From NCBI RefSeq assembly GCF_009914755.1, contig NC_060938.1: 64,000 bases of DNA; one strand, 5' to 3'. Shown in pieces: positions 27,429 to 40,729 of this stretch; position 1 is the stretch's first letter, and each line of letters begins with the position of its first letter. The notes beneath the pieces were generated by a model, which did no database searches, was not told where the DNA came from, and saw only the letters and a program-made list of their open reading frames with translations. The stretch comes from the human T2T-CHM13v2.0 reference genome, Homo sapiens. The translations under genes and the position numbers were made by a program.

Positions 27429-27739
27429 TTGGTAAAGCATGAACTTGAAGTGGAACTTCAAAGAGGCAGAGTCAGCCAAGCCGAAAGTGAGGTTTGCCAA
27501 GATTGATCATTGATGTGAAAAGATTAATCATAAGTGGTAAGAGGGCAGGCCCTGTAAGGGTTACCACATAGGGGTCTAGTGTAGTGGCCCAAGCATGGGT
27601 AGATAATAATCCTACTAGATTAGCAGCCACAGAAATAAAGAGGGAGACTTTGTGAATTGAACAATTGAGGGCACAATGGAAATGACACACCTGTAGTTGA
27701 TTACTTTAATAACATGTTTCTCAGCATCCTGGATCCCCT

Positions 27740-28478
27740 TGAGAGACAGGACTAGCTGGATTTCCTAGGCTGACTAAGAATTCCTAAGCCTAGCTGGGGA
27801 AGGTGACTGCACCCACCTTTAAACACGGGGCTTGTAACTCAGCTCACACCTGACCAATCAGGTAGTAAAGAGAGCTCACTAAAATACCAATTAGGCCAAA
27901 AGCAGGAAGTAAAGAGTCAAACATCTATCACCTGAGAGCACAGAGGGAGGGACAATGATCAGGATATATAAACCCAGGCATTGGAGCCAGCAGTGGCAAC
28001 CCCCTTTGAGTCCCCTTCCGTTGTATGGGAGCTCTGTTTTCACTCTATTAAATCTCGCAACTGCACGCTCTTCTGGTCCGTGTTTGTTCCGGCTCCAGCT
28101 GAGCTTTCGCTCGCCGTCCACCACTGCTGATCACTGCTGTCGCAGACCCTCCACTGACTTCCATCCCTCTGGATCCAGCAGGGTGTCCACTGTGCTTCTG
28201 ATCCAGCGAGGCGCCCACTGCCGCTCCCAATTGGGCTAGAAGCTCGCTATTGTTTCTGCACGGCTAAGTGCCCGGGTTCTGTCCTAATCAAGCTGAACAC
28301 TAGTCGCAGGGTTCCACGGTTCTCTTCCATGACCCACAGCTTCTAATAGAGCTATAACACTCACTGCATGGCCCACAGTTCCATTCCTTGGAATCTGTGA
28401 GGCCAAGAACCCCAGGTCAGAGGACAAAAGGCTTGCCACCATCTTGGGAGCTCCAAGAACAAAGACCCGCCAGTAATA
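27740..28478 (+). mobile_element. LTR17 (HERV-W) full-length solo LTR
   Basis: Starts tgagagacaggactagctggatttcctagg; CCAAT 27854, TATATAAA 27965, ATTAAA 28047; ends cagtaata; perfect TSD ccct at 27736-27739 and 28479-28482. Confidence 0.96.
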
Positions 28479-28653
28479 CCCTTCTAGTTCATCCAGCTTT
28501 GGCATGTCCCTTCCCAGCCTTATATGTGGATGGTGTCAGGATCCAAACAAAGATAGCACCATGCCCCTAGAAGAGGAGGATGAACTCTTTTGAGTGTTCC
28601 ACTGATCCTGCTGATCCATAGGTTTTAGCATTTTTTTCATTATATTCCTATAC

Positions 28654-29202
28654 TGTAAGAATTTTTAATTTTCTGTATATTATGATGTTTTGACATCTTA
28701 AAAAAATATATTGGGTGGAGAAGAGGCTGCTTTTTTTCTGGGCCAGCCAACTCAGGAATATAACAAAGGACCCAGCTGGGAGAGTGTCTTTGATATACAA
28801 ACTAAGCAGTTCAGAGCCACATCTTCTCTATCTGGCCCATACCCTCTAGGAGACAACATTCCTCTGTCTTAATCATGCTAGAGCCAGGTGCTAGGTAACT
28901 AGGGACCCCTCCTGTGGTTTAGAGCTCACTGAAATTATTCAAAGGAGCCAATCCTAAACTGTTGGCTCTGCCCTGGCCCTCCCTTTCCCCTGGAAACCTA
29001 AGACTGTGGCCTAAGGACTCCCATTGCGCCTGTTTTCTGCCTCCTAACCACCCTGGTGTTTTTCCCACGTGGCTTTATGTGGCATATCATACTAATTGTC
29101 TCTAGGACCTGTGAGCATAATAAAAAATAATTCCCCCTGAGCTTGTCCTCTATCTCCCTGTGGCTGCGCCTAACTTACCATATCACAAAATAATACAAAA
29201 CC
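28654..29202 (+). mobile_element. MER21-group LTR (MER77/MER68/MER21C-like)
   Basis: tatgatgttttgacatct, ctgaaattattcaaa...agccaatcctaa and ggacctgtgagcataataaa motifs. Confidence 0.7.
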
Positions 29203-30650
29203 ATTCCCCCACCCAGTATATATACAGACCTAGCATCTCCTAAAATCTTCCTCTCTTTCTCCTGAACTGAGGAAATGAATATAACTCCTGCTTTATAATT
29301 TGATGGGGGAAAAGGGGGCATCTGAAATCATGTCTGCCCACTTCATGCTTTCGTCTCAAGCCCCCATCTCATTCAGAATCTTTGGCTCCTTGCACAACAG
29401 AACATATTCTTACTTTATCTGACTCCTCTAGTCCCTGTGCCTCTAGCTCCTCAAAAACATCTCCACAGATTGTATAGATATTCAATGTTTTGGATTTGTC
29501 TTGGTCTTAAGCAGTTTGGATATATAAGGCTGCATAATAGATATTTATACTATATCACTATAACCTTGTTTTATTATATTTTTATCTCACTACTTGAAAT
29601 CTAAAATCTCCAAGGACAAGGACTCCAAGCACTGCATCCAACACAATATTACCATTTTGCATCTCAATAAAAATTAACAAATGAGCTAATCTTTTGCATG
29701 TTTATATTCCTTGCTAAGGAGCTGGAGATACACGTGTAGATGTCTTGATAAGAAACTCTGAAATCTCTGAACTTTAAAAGGCATGGACTTTGCTAACAGT
29801 TGAGTGAAATTTCATAAAAGAGGTTTTCTCGTTAACATATGCTATGAGATAAATTGTACATACACATAAAGTCCCTGGCTTTGAAATAGCACATCTAGAA
29901 ACAGCGCTAACAGATCTCCTTGAAACACAACTTTGAAGTCAAACAGCGTCCAGTATGAGAAAGATTTCACTCTTTTTTTTAAACAAAATGTCATTTGTTC
30001 TTTAGCACAGTAATATCCGAATAGCAATGTATAAGATAGTAAACTCTCATAGGACAAACGCTCAGATTCTTCACATTTAATAGCCATTATCTTTTCCTGT
30101 TTGTTTAACCTGGCACAGATCTCCGTGAATTTTCTTTTGGGTCCTTTCATATTATTTCACATGTCTCCTCCCCTGTCATTCTTTAACTCATCTTGTTCCT
30201 GATGTCTGCTGCCTCTGCAAACTGCCTACTAAACATACCCAATTTCTCAATTTGTGTGTATTTAGCTGCAAAATTTTATTGTTACTACCTGTGATGATTG
30301 TTTAGACAAGCTGAAGATATTAACTCAGTCTGGCTATTAATGTAAAAGCAGCTAAAATTTGTACTAACTTTATTCACCAAACACCCATACTTCTCTGTCT
30401 CTAATAAAAAGAAGAAAAAGAAAGACTTGAAATACCTTTGATAATCAGACACTTATAGAAATAATAACTATAAAATAAAATTGGATAAAGTATATCAAAA
30501 ATGTTTAATTTTATCAAAAGGTATATGTGTGCATGTGTCATTTTATATCACACAAACACAAAAAAAGAACAGTTGGAATATCTTAGATATAATGAGGGAT
30601 GTTTAAGAATAAATAATTTGTTGACAAAAAAAAAAAAATTCCTGTCCTTT

Positions 30651-30780
30651 AAATATTTACCCTAAGCACCTTCTGGTGAATGGCCCTGTGTAGGTCCTAT
30701 GGAAGATACCCAAAAGCAAAATTCAGGTTCTACCCTAAAGAAGCTGACAATTCAGTTAGAGAAACAAAATAAGCAGAATA
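30651..30780 (-). mobile_element. L2 3' fragment
   Basis: aaatattta...aagcacct...ccctaaagaagctgacaattcagttagagaaacaa. Confidence 0.6.
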
Positions 30781-30817
30781 AAAATTAAATGAATATGAAA
30801 ATCTATCACATGGTGCG

Positions 30818-31110
30818 TACCTTTTGACTCAGATATGCTACTTCTCAGATATGAACCTAAGTAAAAAGCTATGGATATAACTACATGGGATTATAGAATA
30901 ATTTTTGGAATTACTAAACTTAGAAAAACAATGAAAGAATTAATTTTAAAGGGTGGTCACGTACAATAGACTGGCATGTGGCCATTAAAGTGATGTAGAA
31001 AATACTGTTTAATAGCATGGAGAAATGTTTGTGGTATAATGGGGGAAAATCAGGCTAAAAATTAGTAAGCTTGATATGATCCTTTTGGTGTCAAAAAATA
31101 GATACAAAAG
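30818..31110 (+). mobile_element. Old L1M 3' fragment
   Basis: cttttgactcag...acttct and gccattaaa...ttaatagcatggagaaatgtt. Confidence 0.5.
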
Positions 31111-31119
31111 GTCGCATAT

Positions 31120-32108
31120 TAAACTCACAGCATCGCATTTAATAGTGAATATCAGAAACAAAACAGAGATGTCTGCTTTTGTCATTTCTATTCAACATTG
31201 TATTAGCAATTCTAGCCAGGGAAAATAGGCAACAAAATTAAATAAAAGGCATCCACATTGAAAAGGAAGGAGGAAAGCTATCTCTATTTTTAGATGACGT
31301 GATCTTGTATATAGAAAATCCTCTAGGAATCTACTAAAAACTATTAAAACTAGTCAATTAGTTCAGCAAGTTTCCAAGATACCACGAATATTATTTGTAT
31401 TTCTATATAGTAGTAATGAATAAGTCAAAAATAAAATCAAGAAAATAATTTGACTTAAAATTGCATCAAAAAGAATAAAATACAAATAACCTTATCAAAG
31501 GAAGTGTAAAACTCATGTACTGAAAACCCCAAAACATTATTGAAACAAGTTAAAGGCATAACTCAATAGAAAAACATTTCATGTTCATGGCTCAGAACAT
31601 TTAATAGTGTTACAATGGCAATAATCCCAAAATCGATCTACAGATTCAATGCAATTCCAATAAAAATACCAGCTGACTTCTTTGCAGAAATTGAAAGCTA
31701 ATTCTAAAACACATATGGAAAGGCAAGGGTTGCAGAATAGTCAAAACTCTCAAACAAAATTGGAGGATTCACACTTCCCAATTTCAAAACTTACAAAGCT
31801 ACGGTAATTAAGACAGTGTGTTACCAGCGTAGGTGGAATAGAATTTAAAATCCTGAAATAAGTCCTTATATTTATGGCCAATTGATTTTCCAAAAACATG
31901 CCAGGGGTTGGAATCCTCCCTCACACCATACACAAAAATTAATTAAAAATGGATCCAAGGAAGACTTAAATGTAAAAGCCTAAACGATAAAGCTCTTAGA
32001 GGAAATCATAGATGTAAATCTTCATGACCTTGGATTAGACAATAATTCCATAGATAGATATGATACCAAAAGCACAAGCAACAATAACAAAATAAATAAA
32101 TTAGATAT
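31120..32108 (+). mobile_element. Old L1M ORF2 fragment (reverse transcriptase region), inactive
   Basis: 31278-31322 translates LSLFLDDVILYIENP, a mutated L1 RT FADD motif; downstream atctacagattcaatgcaattcc; many stops and frameshifts. Confidence 0.92.
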
Positions 32109-32613
32109 CTACTCTTTGATTTTTTGTTTGTTTGTTTTCTGTTGTTCTCTCTGTTTCATCTGCCTTATCTTCCTATATATTTTTTAACAGGTTTTAGAAT
32201 TCCATTTTTTGGATTCAGTTGCGCTGAGTTGAAAGAATAGGGAAAAATACAGCTACTGCATCTTCCCAGAAGCAGAAGTTCTATATATAAGTTTTATTGG
32301 GACATCTTTAAAAAGTACCTGAGGTTTTAAAAAATTTTCTGAGGCTCTACTGTAAGCCAGAAATTCTTCCTCACCTTTGGCTGCTACTGCACATTTTTGT
32401 GCCTATTTTTGGGTAGAAGGTCTCTTCTCACTTAGAATTATCTGATAGGGGTCTTCATATTCCACCATGTGTCTTAGAGCTGTGGTTTTCTGCCACACTA
32501 GAAAAATGCTGTACTCCAATAGGTAATAGAAGCTGTTACCACAGTGATTCTCAAAGTGTGTGTGTGGGGTGGGGAGTAGAAAGTGTGTCTGCAGCACACA
32601 CTGCAAATCGTGC

Positions 32614-33044
<431 letters not shown>

Positions 33045-34334
33045 TGATTAAGATACACTATAAGTTTTTGTCTTGTGGAAGAACCTGGTGGCCCATGTCT
33101 ATTATCATGAAGTCATGCCCATCCACTTCCTTTGGCCATTGCCTTGAGTCGGGTTATATTGAAGAACCTAAAGCAAAAGTTTGAATTTGGTGTGGAGAGG
33201 AAGGAGGGCTGGTGATGGCTTCATGATGGGCAAGTTGAGTCTAGACTTGGTTCAAAGGCATCTAACCTTGGTTAAGATTCCCAGGCCCTGAGAGTTGCGT
33301 GGGAAAGTGCAACAGCACCTGTGGACTTTTAAGGATCATGGCCTTCTTAGCAGAAACCAGAATGAAGCCCACATCCCAGAAAAGCCTACTTTGCTAAAGA
33401 TTCCTTGTATGACATTTGTAATAGGGAAGGAGTCCCAATAATAACTGAGAGGGAATTTGCCACCGTATCTGTGGTATTGGAACTTGGAATCAAATTTAAT
33501 TTTATTTAATGAAAATAAAGCAAAATGTGTCATGCCCACTTAGCTTTGTAAAATACAATTGAAACCCCTTATAATAGTTTTAAAAACTTTGTTTAACCTA
33601 ATTCTAGCAAGAGAACAGGAACTCTTGATTCCAGAACAATTATACTAATCCTTTCCCTTTTTTTGTTCTCATTTTTTCGTTTAATTCTAGATCACTATAG
33701 TCTTCCATGATAACGATATGCTTATCATTTTAAAAAAACATCTAGCATAAGTCAGCTTTTCTTACAGAGGTAGTATTACACACTGGAACTACATTTAGCC
33801 TGGGCCCCAGTGTTCAAAGAAAATTTATCAAAAGAAACATGAAATTCAAGTGTGATGTTTCCTTCACCTTGCACTGGAATGTCATCGTGACTTTAAAGGT
33901 AAAACTTTCTCCTTTTATACACTCTATTCCTTCTGTGGTTTAGGAAATACAGACAGGGTGAATCTACCTTTATAGTTTCACAAAAACAGTGAACATTATT
34001 TGTTCTACCTAAGATTTCTGGCGTACCATGTATTTTCCTAAGGCAGCATTTTCTATTGCTTTTTGCAGTGTCCTCCTGAGACCTCCTTCCTCCTTTTCCT
34101 CTTAAACTGCTTTTTAAGCTATTCTTTCTTGCATTTCCTCCAATTATTTTCTGTTTTTAATTTAGAAAACTGTTGGATGCCCAGTAGATACCATAGCTAT
34201 AAATGTACTCTTGACTTTCAGATCTTTATCTCCAGGCTAAGTCTATCTCTTTAATGTCAAACCTGTATAACTTCTACTACATATGGGAATCTTCCCTAGG
34301 ATGTATATGTCAGAATTTACTGAGTTCTAAAATG

Positions 34335-34510
34335 GTCATTTTCCAAGTGAGCCAGCAGCTTAAGCATCACCTGGGGATTTGTTAGAAATTCAAATTCTGG
34401 AGCCCCACCCCACACCTAGAGAGTCAGAAACTCTAGGGGTGGTGGCCATCAATCTGTCTATTAAGATCTCCAAGTGACTCTGAGGCACACTAAAGCTTGG
34501 GAGAAACTGT
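34335..34510 (+). mobile_element. MER5A DNA transposon
   Basis: ccagcagc...agcatcacctgggga.ttgttagaaat.caaattct...tcagaaactct. Confidence 0.85.
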
Positions 34511-34517
34511 TCTAAAG

Positions 34518-34752
34518 CAATGGTTCTCAAAACTTTGCTGCACATGAGAATCACTTAGGGGGTGTGTACATCTGTGCATGTGTGTGTGTTATGAGTGAAA
34601 TGTCGGTATCCCCCAAAATAAATATGTTGAAGCATTAATCCCCAATGCAATGGTATTTGGAGGTGGCCTCTGAAAGGTTATTAGGTTTAGATGAGGTCTC
34701 AAGGTTAGAGACCTCATAATGGGATTAGTGTCATCAGAAGAGAGAGACCAGA

Positions 34753-34800
<48 letters not shown>

Positions 34801-35090
34801 TCTGCTTGTCATATGAGGACACAGAAAGAAGGGAGCTGTCTACAAGCCAGGAAGGGGCCCCTCACCAGGAACTGAATCTTCTGGCACCTTGATCTTGGAC
34901 TTCCCAGCCTCCAGAATTGTGAAAAATAATGTATGTTGTTTAAGCCACCTAGTGTATGGCATTTTGTTACAGCAGTCTGAGCAGACTAACACAGTGTGTG
35001 TGTACATATATACAGAGACACATACATTTATCTACATATAAATACATATATAGCAATCCTTGGTCTATCCTCAGAGATCCCGATTTAATT
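34518..35090. mobile_element. Second MER5-family element, split by an MLT1A0 LTR
   Basis: caatggttctcaaaactttgctgcacatgagaatcac, resuming at cagagatcccgatttaatt near 35070. Confidence 0.55.
34587..34993 (+). mobile_element. MLT1A0-like MaLR solo LTR with an internal (TC)n
   Basis: TG...CA termini, gtgtg TSD, ggcaccttgatcttggacttcccagcctccagaa core; (TC)n at 34759-34796. Confidence 0.92.
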
Positions 35091-35274
35091 TCCACTGCAC
35101 AAACACTGGCTTTTCTTGGTACTTGGAATGCTTGAGTCCACGTCTCAGAACTCCTAGGTTTTCTTATTGGAAAGAGCAGGTCTGTGTTCTGAAACTCACA
35201 GATTTTACTGTCCCCCAGAGCAGTATATTACTGTTCATCTCTGCCCCTTATCCTTCACTTTTTTATTTTGAAGG

Positions 35275-35548
35275 AAGGATGGCTGGAATAAAAAGAATAT
35301 GGACTTTGAAACCAGACGCCCACATCCTGCTTATATCCCTTGCAAGCTGTACCACTTGCTGGCTTTGTGAGCTTGAACAAGTCACCCAGCCTTCCTTAGC
35401 CTCAGTGGCTCATCCAATAAAAGAAAAGAAAAAGACAAAAGAAGAGATAATATCTACACTCTGGATAAGACTAGAATTAATTTTAATTAAATTAGAATGA
35501 GATATAAAATCCTAGCATGGCACATATAGTTAAGCACATGCCAGTTAT
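35275..35548 (+). mobile_element. MIR SINE
   Basis: ggactttgaaaccagac...gtgagcttgaacaagtcac...gcctcagt. Confidence 0.7.
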
Positions 35549-36104
35549 CTTTTAAAATAAATAGGCATTTCTCTTAAAGATTATATTGTAGACTTAAAGG
35601 TTTCCCCAAACTTTATAATAATAACAAAATAAAACAAGGTAGCTTTTGTCATTTCTGACGCGCATATTGAAGCAATAGAACACAGGACATTTTTTGTTTT
35701 AGAGAGTATACTCTTCTCGGTGACACAACGCACAGAATTATCTTCATATTCACTAACACATGATGTTAATCTTGACATCCCAATTACAAAACACCAAGTG
35801 AAACAAAACCTAAGGTGATATTTTTAATAAAGAGTTTTAATAAAGAGTCTGAGACATGTTTCAAAAACAAAGCAAAAAACCACGCTTTAAGATAGTCTTG
35901 CTCCCTTGGTGAATGGTCCCAAGAAATTATACCTTATGTTTATATTTCCCCTAAGCTAAGGACAATTTTGAGTCGTATTCACTTTCATTTTGCCTTCTCA
36001 CTTTGCCTCCTCAGAAAGGGACCAGAGACGTGAGGCTACACTTTTAGTAAAAGTATAAGTTACTCTCACTTTTATGAAAGGCAATTGAGCTTTCTTTTGT
36101 AAAT

Positions 36105-37410
<1,306 letters not shown>

Positions 37411-37929
37411 GCCACACCTAAAACTCATGTGAACACTTACATAATAACTTCATTTAGCAACTTTTGAAGTTATATCACATTTTAGACAATGTTTTATCAG
37501 ATTTTTTTCCCTCAAAAGGAACTAAATATACAATAGAAAGTGGTATTTTTGACATTATACACTCACAAATTTCTTTGACATGACAATTTCTAGTCAAGGA
37601 ATGGAAATAAATTTATGTCCCTAATTTGTATGAACTCCAAATGTTTTGCTTGGATACATCCACATACATACAAATGTTTTGCTTTTGCATATGCACACAA
37701 ATGAGAGGGATGGAAAGGGAACATCTTCTACTACTCTTGTCTATATATATTGGGCATGTGCTATTTTCACTTGTTTTTCAGTATTTAATCTTTATTTTGC
37801 CCTAACAATAGTTTTCTATGCTATAACTTTTCAAAATGTAGTTTGATTGCAAAATAAGCATGAGCACCAAAGTATTGCAAATTGTTTGCTTCCTACCTGT
37901 TCCTGTTCCTGTTCCTATGAGCATTATTC

Positions 37930-38326
37930 CCCTAGCAATGCGTTTATCTTGGTAACAGTAGTTACTTCCTGTAACAGAAGTTGCATCCAGTTTTCAGTTT
38001 TTCCAATACTTGTAGAGCTAACCTCATCCCCCATCACCACCAGCTAAGCAGAGCCCCCTCATTAGAATTCTTAGTTTCAATACTACGGGTCCCTCCTTCC
38101 AGCTTCTAGGTTTTACAATTTCCAACTTCCATGCTTTTTTCCCCCAGTCCTAACAATGGTGGCTGCTTCCTGCAGCTGCTACCTCCACGCACCTTCATGT
38201 TCTCTTTTTTTTCTTTTTCTTTTACACAAGTAATACATTTAGACATAGTTAATAATTCCATAAGTTAAATCATTTCTCTTAAAAAAAAACTGATGTGCTT
38301 TTTTTTGATGGACTCTGACTGATAAA
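37930..38326 (+). mobile_element. Degraded old LTR (3' part) upstream of the ERV-L internal sequence
   Basis: Ends aactgatgtgc...tggactctgactgata, matching the reverse complement of the LTR end at 22727. Confidence 0.55.
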
Positions 38327-38399
38327 TATTTTCATATTAGGAGGTAGATGACCATCGTACACAGTAATTGAAGGTTAATTTGGTCATTTCTTCGGGTTA

Positions 38400-39745
38400 C
38401 CTGAATGTTGAGCTACTTGTCAATGAGAAATGGATTAATCATGCACTGGCTTATGATTAATCAAGTATTATTTGGAGTTGATTGTGGTGAAATGCCAACT
38501 GACGCAGGTCCTGAGGAGATCAAGCAGCTGCTGCTCTTCAGCACTATGGGAATAAAGATGACAACAAAGACTGCAGTGTGGAGAGGATTCTCTAAGTACA
38601 CTGGAACACTCACAGAGTGAAAATGAGGAACACTGCGAATGGATTCTAAGGGTGTTAGACCAAGCAGGCTGCAAAATAATTCAGAAAAGGGTCAAATATA
38701 TTGATGAAGCACTTATGAGTGTTTTCATATTCAATGTGTTAGCTGGAAATGGTTCCAACAGTTTACTTTGGTTGAGTGACACTTGGACTCTTTGACAATC
38801 TACATTTAATGAGATTAAGATGCTGTAACATCCCTAGTAAAATGTGGAAGAGCAGATCTAAAGGCTTAAGAAGGTAAGAATGATGGAGTCGATTTATCAT
38901 TTGTGGCCTTCATTCCCTCCTCCCAACACTCTTCACCCAGTTACATTCACTGAAGAGCTCAAAGGACACTCCCTTTATATTGGTGAGGACAAAACCAAAA
39001 TCTTGAAAAAGCTCTCTGTTTGCTGTCCTGCGTAAGCTAGTTATGAAAGTGGGAGATGCTGTCATTAAGATGGACTTCCTGATTTCAGTTGGATCCTGCA
39101 GTTGCAGATTTTCAGAGGCCAAGTGACATATCAGAACTTAACTGACAAAGACAGTGTGGACATATCACCAGCTTATTCCTTCTGTCCATCATGGTAGAAG
39201 GAAAGAACTGGTAATATGTTCACATTGTCTTTGTGACCATAACAGGCAGAAGGAATAAACTGGTAACCGGTATATTTTACCGCCATATTACATCACCTGC
39301 AGATATCTTTAGGTGGTAAATTGATTACAGTGTATCTGGGAATGAAATACACAGACAGCTTACTAAAAATGTTACTTGATCTATAATAAGAAAAAGTTCA
39401 GGTCTGCTAGAAACCAAATGTTAGTTGACACGATGTATTGTCATAGCCTCTCACCTAGTTTTCATATATAAGCCTGGAACCCCTTGATTGAAGGCGAGAG
39501 GTTAGGTTCATTTGAGGATAGAGACTGATACATTGCTACATATATATGCTATAAACTTTCCTTCAAGCCTTTTTCAATAGGACCTGTAGCCATTTATTAG
39601 TTTGATTGTGCTATGGGAAAAAAGAAAAGCCTAGATCTTTTAGGAACTATTAGGCACTGGCTTAACTTCCAGGAACCCTAAGTACCAGTTGGTCCACCTG
39701 TCATATTAGAGGTTTAAGGCTGCCATGTCATTGGTGAGTTAAAAG
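38400..39745 (+). mobile_element. ERV-L class internal remnant (gag to protease), non-coding
   Basis: 38637-38669 EWILRVLDQAG; 38856-38909 I*RLKKVRMMESIYHLWP (cf. ERV-L gag IQRLREIGMLEWIYH); near 39640-39700 a degenerate LL(D)TG...PG(D)PK...GPPV protease signature. Confidence 0.85.
39145..39234. repeat. 90-nt near-perfect hairpin
   Basis: Arms 39145-39183 and 39196-39234: 33/39 Watson-Crick pairs, no gaps, 12-nt centre. Confidence 0.95.
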
Positions 39746-39749
39746 TGGT

Positions 39750-40560
39750 GTGCTGCAGAAAGATGTAAGTTGGAGACATAAATTTGGATATATATCCTAA
39801 TGGCTCTAAATACTATCTATATACTGATGGTACTTAGAGCCCTGGTACTCGATGACATCACCAAAAAGTGGTATAGATACAGAAAAGAAGTTCAAGCATT
39901 AAGCAAGGAGACATTTCAAATTTTAGGTATTGACAATATGAGAAGGAACTATAAAAAAGAGATTGAGAGGCAGTGGCCAGAAATACAGGAGGGATAACAG
40001 GTGAAGGCGATGTCCGGGAAGCCATGGAAAGAAACGTGTTTCTAAAGGGTGAATAAGCAGCTGTGTGTCACATGCTGCTGATCAGGCAAGTCCAAAAAGG
40101 GCTAAGAAATGACAACTGGATTTTAGCAAAGTGGTGACCAGGAGTAAAGGCATTTCAGAACAGTGACTAGTGTAGAAGCCTGATTAGAGTAGGTTCAAAG
40201 AAATGAGAGGATACATTCAAAACGGCAAGTACAGACAACTTTTTAAAAGAGTTAAGCCATAGAGGAAAAAAGAAATAAGGCAACAGTTAGAAGAAGAAGT
40301 AGGGTTGAGAGAAGGTTGTTTGTTGTTATTGTTGTAATAAGGTAGACATAATCACCTTTCTTTATGCTAAGGAAAATGTTCCAAAAACAAGGGGGGAATA
40401 TGATAATGCAGAGAGGAGCACTGTTTGACAATAGTTTTGAGTAGGAGAAAGGAATAAAATTTAATGCACAAATAAAAGGGTTAGACTTAGCTTGGAGCAG
40501 AGAGTTTATCCACAGAAATAGGAGAGATGATAGAAAATATTAGTACAGATTTAGGATACA
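39750..40560 (-). mobile_element. L2 (L2a-like) internal fragment
   Basis: tggagacataaatttgg, gagattgagaggcagtggccag, gtcacatgctgctga, gcaagtacagacaac. Confidence 0.85.
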
Positions 40561-40597
40561 TAAAATTTTAAAAATCTACAAACAAAATTTTTTGTTC

Positions 40598-40714
40598 CAC
40601 TGGACACAGTGGTACGTGTTTGTAATCCCAGCTACTGCAGAGACCAAGGCAGAAGGATCACTTGAGCCCAGGGATTTAAGATCAGCCTGGGCGACAGAGA
40701 GAGAACTCATCCCC
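40598..40714 (+). mobile_element. FLAM_A-like Alu monomer
   Basis: tgtaatcccagctact...ggatcacttgagcccagg...agcctgggcgaca; single monomer. Confidence 0.8.
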
Positions 40715-40729
40715 TCCCATCCCCACCTC

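Noticed and set aside
35060-35500. 146-aa ORF
   Set aside because: Starts at a non-ATG codon and runs through MER5 and MIR remnants
38400-39745. Possible domesticated gag gene (Fv1-like)
   Set aside because: Gag frame has multiple stops and frameshifts; no long ORF
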